Shown piece by piece: positions 58,596 through 64,000 of a stretch of 64,000 bases of DNA. Position 1 is the stretch's first letter, and the number at the start of each line of letters is the position of its first letter. The stretch spans positions 256,001 to 320,000 of the forward strand of contig CAWKKR010000004.1 of assembly GCA_963850305.1 (NCBI GenBank), read 5' to 3'. The DNA comes from an uncultured delta proteobacterium (GTDB lineage: Bacteria; Myxococcota_A; Polyangia; Polyangiales; Polyangiaceae). The notes beneath the pieces were generated by a model. It was not told where the DNA came from and ran no database searches. It saw nothing but the letters and a program-made list of their open reading frames with translations. The translations under genes and the position numbers were made by a program.

Positions 58596-59826
58596 GTTCA
58601 GGCCGAGGACGAAGCTTACGCTGGTCGTTCCGCTGCCACCGATGTTCAGCGTCTGAAAGTTCTTCGCGCCTTCCACCTGATAGTCGCCCGCGGTGCCCGT
58701 CACTTGCTTGTAGGAGTCGAGCAGTTGCCTCACTCCCGTCGCGCCGACGGGGTGGCCCGCTCCGATGAGCCCGCCGCTCGGGTTGATGGGGTGCTTGCCG
58801 CCAATCTCGAGCCAGCCTTCCTCGACTGCCTTCCAGCTCTCGCCCGGCTTCGTGATGCCGAAGTGGTCGATGGCCATGTACTCGCTCGTCGTGAAGCAAT
58901 CGTGCGTCTCGATGCCGTCGACGGCGTCGACGTTCGCCATGCCGGCGCGCCGCCAGCGCGTCCGTGATCGTGCTGCGCACGTGCGGGAGCACGTATTCGG
59001 CGCCGGCGCTCTCCGCGACCTTGTCCACGAAGCGCAGGCGCGAGGTGTGGTGCCCCCAGCCCTTGATGCGCGGAATGGACTCGAGCGGGACGCCGCGCGC
59101 CTTCGCGTACTTCTCGGCGTACTTCTGGCTCGCGAGGAACACGGTGGCCGTGCCATCCGTGACTTGCGAGCAATCCGCGATGCGCACGCGCCCGCCGACC
59201 GCGGCGTTGAAGTCGTCGCGCGAACACGCGTGCGCCTTGTTCATGTACCAGGTGCGCGTCTGCGCGAGCGGGTTCAGCTTCGCGTTCGCGTAGTTCAAGG
59301 CGGAGATGCCGGCGAGGTGTTCGTCCTTCAGACCGTAGCGCTTGTCATACTCGTCTCCGAGCTTGCCGAAGAGCTTGGGGAACGGGAACTCGACGCCCTT
59401 GGCCTCTTGCTCGTACCACGCGGCGGTGCCGAGATAGTCCCCGCCCTCGGACGCCGGCACGGTCTTCATCTGTTCGATCCCGACGACGCAGGACAGGTCG
59501 TACCAGCCCGCCTCGATCTCCGCGAGCGCGGCCAGGAGCGCGATGCTCCCCGACGCACACGCAGCCTCGTGACGCGCGGTCGGCACACCGCTGAATGCCG
59601 GATTGGTCTCGACGAAGAACGCGCCGAGGTGGCCCTGTTTGCAATAAAGCTCCGCGGCGAAGTTGCCGACGTGACCGATCTGCACGTCCTTCGGGTCGAT
59701 GCTCGTCGCCTCGAGCGCGCCGCCCACGCCTTCGCGCATCAGCGCGGCGAAGTGCTTCTTTTCCTTCGTCCAGTTGCGGGCGAAATCCGTCTGGTAACCA
59801 CCGAGAACGTAAACTGCTGGTGCCAT
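58593..59826 (-). CDS. Thiolase (acetyl-CoA acyltransferase, SCP2-like/HDCF type); frameshift near 58953
   Basis: [17 protein letters not shown]; next frame [31 protein letters not shown]. Confidence 0.9.
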
Positions 59827-59869
59827 GCGGGGTCTCCTCGAATCGATCGGGTGAAACGGTAAGGGACGC

Positions 59870-61216
59870 TCAGCCTGCGACGAAATAACGTCCGACGTGC
59901 GGGTTCGCGTAGAAGCGCGCCGGCGCGCTGCTCTTCACGGCGTCGGCGAGAAGCTTGGGAACGGGCAGCTTGGCCTTCTCGATCATCGCGACGGTTTCCT
60001 TCACGCCGATCGTGTCGACGAGCACGCTCGGAGGCGCCCAGTTGAAGCCGAAGCCCATGATGTCGTCGATGCCGGTGATAGTGTCCGTCACCTCACCCAC
60101 GCGGTGGAACGCGTAGCTGATGTAGCCGGCAACCACCTTCTTCGCGAGGGCGGCATACTCTCCTGGCGCGTCCACGAAGACCTTCATCGCTTCCTTGTAA
60201 CGGCCGTCGTGGTGGAGCCTCGCGACTTCCTTGATGTAGCCGAGGTCGGGGACCTTCACTTCGGCCTCGGGCCCGTACGCGCCGCTCTTCGGGTCGAGGA
60301 CGAGCTTGACCTTGTTCTCGACCTTGAAAAAGCCGCCGCCGCTCTTGTTACCGAGCGTGCCCTTCTCGATGAGCTGCGCCATGTAGCCGGGCAGCTTGAG
60401 CGTCGCGTGCACTTCGTCGGGCGCGTTCTTGTGGATGTTGTCGACGATCGCGCGGTGGATGTCCCATCCGACGAGATCGATCGTCGCGAGCGGCGTCAGG
60501 GCGCGACCCGTGTACGGTCCGATGAGGCGATCGACGAGCAGGGGGCCGTGCTCCTCGGCGAGCTGCGCCGCCTCGTTCAGGACCTTGAAGCCGACGCGGT
60601 TGCCTGCGAAGCCCGCCGTGTCCGCGGTGCGAATCATCACGCGCCCGAGCTTCTTCGTCGAATAGACGTCGATGAAGTCGACGAGCGTGGGGTCGGTGTC
60701 CTTGCCCGCGATGAGCTCGGTTCCGACGATCACGTTCGGCGGGTTGAAGAAATGCAATCCGAGGAAGTGCTTCCGGAAAGCTTCGCTGCGGCCCTCGGCG
60801 AGCGCATTGATCGACAGGCCGCTCGTGACGGTGGCGACGATCGAGTCCGCGCCCCGGGCCCTGTCGATCCGCTCGAACAGCCGGCGCTTGACGTCGAAAT
60901 CTTCCGTGACGGCCTCGAAGACGAGATCCGCCTTGCCGACCGCCGCGTCGAAGTCCTTGTCGTAGTCTCCAGTCTCGACCCGATTTCCGACCGTCGACGA
61001 CCGCACCGCGTTGATCGCAGCCTTGAGCCCCTGCTCTGCCTTTTCCTTCGTTCGAGCGAGGAAGGTCACCTTCGGCACGACGGTCGTGAAAAGTGCGCCG
61101 CTGCCGTACCCCATTGCGCCGTTCGCGCCGAGAACGACGACGTGCTCGATGCGACGGCTGCCCAGCAGGTCGTTGATTTCTGATCTACTTCGCGACGTGA
61201 CGGTCTTCGCGGTCAT
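59870..61216 (-). CDS. 3-hydroxyacyl-CoA dehydrogenase family protein
   Basis: VLGANGAMG, FEAVTED..VK, TVTSGLSI, GLHFFNPP, DTAGFAGNR, DLVGWD; GGAG RBS before ATG 61216. Confidence 0.92.
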   Translation of the reverse strand: MTAKTVTSRSRSEINDLLGSRRIEHVVVLGANGAMGYGSGALFTTVVPKVTFLARTKEKAEQGLKAAINAVRSSTVGNRVETGDYDKDFDAAVGKADLVFEAVTEDFDVKRRLFERIDRARGADSIVATVTSGLSINALAEGRSEAFRKHFLGLHFFNPPNVIVGTELIAGKDTDPTLVDFIDVYSTKKLGRVMIRTADTAGFAGNRVGFKVLNEAAQLAEEHGPLLVDRLIGPYTGRALTPLATIDLVGWDIHRAIVDNIHKNAPDEVHATLKLPGYMAQLIEKGTLGNKSGGGFFKVENKVKLVLDPKSGAYGPEAEVKVPDLGYIKEVARLHHDGRYKEAMKVFVDAPGEYAALAKKVVAGYISYAFHRVGEVTDTITGIDDIMGFGFNWAPPSVLVDTIGVKETVAMIEKAKLPVPKLLADAVKSSAPARFYANPHVGRYFVAG

Positions 61217-61351
61217 GAACGGGGCTCCTTCGAACGTCGCCGCCGAGGAATCGGTCGGCGCGTTTACATCTTTACAAACGGACCTCGCAGTAGAAGCCTT
61301 GGCGAGAGGCGCCATGGCGTCAATAGCTTAGCGATTTGTGCTGTGACTGCA

Positions 61352-61379
61352 CGTTGACTCCTGGATTTACAAGTCAACG
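61352..61379. promoter_or_regulatory. Inverted repeat CGTTGACT-N12-AGTCAACG in a divergent promoter region
   Basis: Perfect 8-bp arms, each containing TTGACT, between the dehydrogenase gene and truD. Confidence 0.45.
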
Positions 61380-61443
61380 AAGGACGCCTCTCACCCCTTA
61401 GACGCGCCGTCGCGAACCGTCCGGGCGCCACCCGATCTCATCG

Positions 61444-62553
61444 ATGCGATCCAAGATGGAAGACACGACGCACTCACCATCCCTCCCGCCGATCACCTGT
61501 TCGGATCTGCGCGGAACCGACGGCAGAATTGGTCCGGCGCCCGAGGACTTTCAGGTCGACGAAGTGCCGCTCTACGCGCCGTCGGGGGAAGGCGAGCACC
61601 TCTATGTTCGTCTTCGAAAGCGGGGCATGACGACGCGTGACGCGACGCGCATCGTCGCCGACGCGGCGGGCGTACCGCCCTCCGAAATCGGCACGGCGGG
61701 CATGAAGGACAAGCACGCCCTGACGACCCAGTGGATCAGCTTGCCCGCTCGGCGCGCGAAACCGGTCGAGGCCTGGGTGTTGCCGGGTGAGCTCGGCGTC
61801 GTCGAGTCGGCGCGACACAAGAACAAGCTGCGCACGGGGCATCTCCTCGGCAACCACTTCAAGATCCGGCTCGTCGAAACCAGCGCGGACGCCCTCACCC
61901 TCGCGGAGCGGATCGTCGAAGCGCTCACCGAGCGCGGCTTGCCCAACTACTTCGGCGCGCAACGCTTCGGGCGCGACGGAGACAACGTCGCGGCCGCCCT
62001 CGCGTGGCTCGGCGGCGTCGACGAACGCGCGCGGAAACGCCTCGCGCCGTTCGAGCGGAAGCTGTTCGCGAGCGTCGTTCAGTCGGAGATCTTCAACCGC
62101 TACGTGACGGCGCGCATCGCCGAAGGACTCGTCCGGCCGCTCGAGGGAGAGGTGGTACGCCTCGATGGCAGCGGCGCCCAGTTCGTCGTCGAAGATCCTG
62201 AGCGGGAGCTCTCGCGATGGACCTCGCGCGATATCCATCCGACAGGCCCGATGATCGGCCCGAAGATGCGCCCCGCGCTCGGGAGAGCGCTCGAACTCGA
62301 AGAAGCTGCGATCCTCAGCCTGGGCCTCGACGACGTGGCGCGCGCCGCGCTCGCCCGCTTTGCGGACGGCACACGACGCGACCTTTTGCTGTGGCCCGCA
62401 CGTGCCACTGGTGACGGAGGCGGACTACGCGCCTTCCGCGACGGCACGACCGAAGACGCGCTCGTACTCGAGTTCTTCCTGCCGTCGGGGAGCTACGCGA
62501 CCGAGCTGGTGCGCGAATTCACGCGCGAGCCGTTCTTCCGGTATAGTGCGTGA
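61444..62553 (+). CDS. truD: tRNA pseudouridine(13) synthase TruD
   Basis: PEDFQVDE, GEGEH, AGMKDKHALTTQW, KLRTGHLLGNHF, PNYFGAQRFG, FLPSGSYAT. Confidence 0.96.
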   Translation: MRSKMEDTTHSPSLPPITCSDLRGTDGRIGPAPEDFQVDEVPLYAPSGEGEHLYVRLRKRGMTTRDATRIVADAAGVPPSEIGTAGMKDKHALTTQWISLPARRAKPVEAWVLPGELGVVESARHKNKLRTGHLLGNHFKIRLVETSADALTLAERIVEALTERGLPNYFGAQRFGRDGDNVAAALAWLGGVDERARKRLAPFERKLFASVVQSEIFNRYVTARIAEGLVRPLEGEVVRLDGSGAQFVVEDPERELSRWTSRDIHPTGPMIGPKMRPALGRALELEEAAILSLGLDDVARAALARFADGTRRDLLLWPARATGDGGGLRAFRDGTTEDALVLEFFLPSGSYATELVREFTREPFFRYSA

Positions 62554-62554
62554 C

Positions 62555-62980
62555 ATGCGGAACACCGATCCGGCGTTCGTGCGCGACCTGAACGACGAGA
62601 AGCTCGAGGCGCTCGTCGAGATGATGTTCCTCGCGGCCGCCGCCGACGGCGAGCTCTCCGACGCGGAACACCAGCAGTTCGTGACGAGCGCGAGCGAGCT
62701 GACGGCGCGGCAGCTCACCAGCGACCAGCTCGAGGCCCTCCTCGTTCGCGCAAAGAAGGATCTGGACGAATCGGGCCGAGACGCACGCCTCGCCGCCGTG
62801 AAGGCGCGCCTGCCCGACGCCAGCGCGCGGAGACTCGCGCTGTCCCTCGCGATCCAGATCACCGCCGCCGATGGCGTGGTCCGCACGAGCGAGCGGGAGC
62901 TCATCATGGACACCGCCGCGGCGCTCGATATCGACGGCGACACCGCCGCCGACATGGTCAGCGACCTCACGCGCCGCTGA
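62555..62980 (+). CDS. TerB family (tellurite resistance) protein
   Basis: MFLAAAADGELSDAE...ITAADGVVRTSERELI...ALDI. Confidence 0.85.
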   Translation: MRNTDPAFVRDLNDEKLEALVEMMFLAAAADGELSDAEHQQFVTSASELTARQLTSDQLEALLVRAKKDLDESGRDARLAAVKARLPDASARRLALSLAIQITAADGVVRTSERELIMDTAAALDIDGDTAADMVSDLTRR

Positions 62981-62987
62981 CGCGCGC

Positions 62988-64000
62988 ATGGCCAAGGACC
63001 TTCCGTCGCACGGCACGAACGAGCTCGCGAAGCGACGCGAGGCGGCGCTCGCGATGGGCGGCGCAGCGAAAGTCGACCGCGTCCACGCGAACGGCAAGCT
63101 GACCGTGCGCGAGCGCATCGCCGCGCTCGTGGACGCGGAGAGCTTTCGCGAGACGGGCCTGCTCACGACGAGTGACCTGCCCGACGCCCGGCACAAGACG
63201 CCGGCCGACGGCAAGGTCTGCGGCTTCGCGCGCATCGACGGACGCACCGTCTACGTCTCGGGCGACGACGTCACCGTGCTCGCGGGTTCGGGCGGACGCG
63301 TCGGCGTCAAGAAAGATCACGACGGGATGAGATACGCGGCCGAGAAAGGCTATCCGTGCATCGCGCTCGGCGATGCGGGCGGAGCGCGCATCCCCGACAT
63401 CATGGGTGCGACCGGCATGATGAGCATGGTCTATCCCGTCGCCGGACGTCCGCGTGATCGTCACGTGCCCTTCATCGCCACGATCCTCGGCGAGTGTTAC
63501 GGCGGCCCGACGTGGAAGGCGTCCGTCGCCGACATCGTGATCCAGGTGAAGGGCGCCGTCATGGCCGTCTCGGGGCCGCCGGTGCTCGCCGCCGCGACGG
63601 GTGAGCAAGCGACGCCGGAAGAGCTCGGCGGCTGGCAGCTCCACGCGAAGCTCACCGGCGAGGTCGATCTGTTCGCCGAAGACGAGGCCGATTGCTTCCA
63701 TCTGGTGCGGCGCGTGCTCTCCTATCTGCCGAACAACGCGGACGAGCTACCGCCGGTCGTGAAAACGGGAGACCCCGCCGACCGCCGTCTCGATGACATC
63801 CTGGGCGTGCTGCCCGAGCGCGCGCAGGTCGCCTACGACATGCACAAGCTCGTCGCGCGGATCTTCGATGCCGATAGCGTGCTCGAGCTGAAGCCGTTCT
63901 ACGATCCTAGCCTCATCACGGCGCTCGCGCGGCTCGACGGACACACCGTGGGCGTCCTCGCGAACAACCCGAGAGAGCGAGCGGGCGCGATGGGTCCGGG
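62988..64000 (+). CDS. Acyl-CoA carboxylase carboxyltransferase subunit, runs off the window
   Basis: Manual translation from ATG 62988: MAKDLP...MGGAAKVDRVHANGKLTVRERI...PADGKVCGFARIDGR...DDVTVLAGS...DAGGARIPD...GECYGG...SGPPV...EELGG...LSYLPNN...ARLDGHTVGVLANNP. Confidence 0.92.
   Translation, partial: MAKDLPSHGTNELAKRREAALAMGGAAKVDRVHANGKLTVRERIAALVDAESFRETGLLTTSDLPDARHKTPADGKVCGFARIDGRTVYVSGDDVTVLAGSGGRVGVKKDHDGMRYAAEKGYPCIALGDAGGARIPDIMGATGMMSMVYPVAGRPRDRHVPFIATILGECYGGPTWKASVADIVIQVKGAVMAVSGPPVLAAATGEQATPEELGGWQLHAKLTGEVDLFAEDEADCFHLVRRVLSYLPNNADELPPVVKTGDPADRRLDDILGVLPERAQVAYDMHKLVARIFDADSVLELKPFYDPSLITALARLDGHTVGVLANNPRERAGAMGP

Noticed and set aside
58005..58768. Repeated short ORFs (MGPCSNPS..., MRASPTQL...)
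   Set aside because: By-products of the 121-bp repeat; the frame shifts with each copy and there are no recognisable protein features
1..64000. rRNA, tRNA, integrase, transposase or prophage genes
   Set aside because: Coding density leaves only short spacers. I recognised no tRNA or rRNA signatures or recombinase motifs by eye; a tRNAscan/Rfam run would be needed to exclude them formally

Overview
This is a high-GC chromosomal segment that looks myxobacterial (Polyangiaceae/Sorangium-like). That assignment is inferred from the membrane Ser/Thr kinases, TPR-PEGA proteins, Cys-rich lipoproteins and an AgmK/GltI-like giant TPR protein. Main contents: an acyl-CoA ligase, two kinases and two pseudokinases, a divergent TetR pair, two Hsp20 genes, two complete peptide ABC operons separated by a lipoprotein and an HNH nuclease, a phhA-fahA-maiA-hppD-hmgA Phe/Tyr catabolic operon, a ~3,500-codon TPR gene, a lipid-metabolism block (diiron protein, saccharopine-dehydrogenase-like reductase, SRPBCC, thiolase, 3-hydroxyacyl-CoA dehydrogenase), truD, a TerB-family gene and a partial carboxyltransferase. 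About 11 small indels and one in-frame TGA break otherwise intact genes. These are most likely long-read errors, and several sit at GATC sites. The most unusual signals are: (i) a structured ~130-bp MITE/REP-like element with terminal inverted repeats, amplified as a 121-bp tandem array and also present as a diverged solo copy, whose end supplies the stop codon of the adjacent gene in both places; (ii) a peptide-ABC ATPase that runs in frame into TM helices and a GspG pseudopilin-like C-terminal domain; (iii) (pseudo)kinase/TPR-PEGA gene pairs; (iv) a Cys-rich lipoprotein with a PHB-depolymerase binding-domain-like module. I saw no rRNA, tRNA, CRISPR array or transposase. All family calls come from motif recognition by eye; no searches were run.
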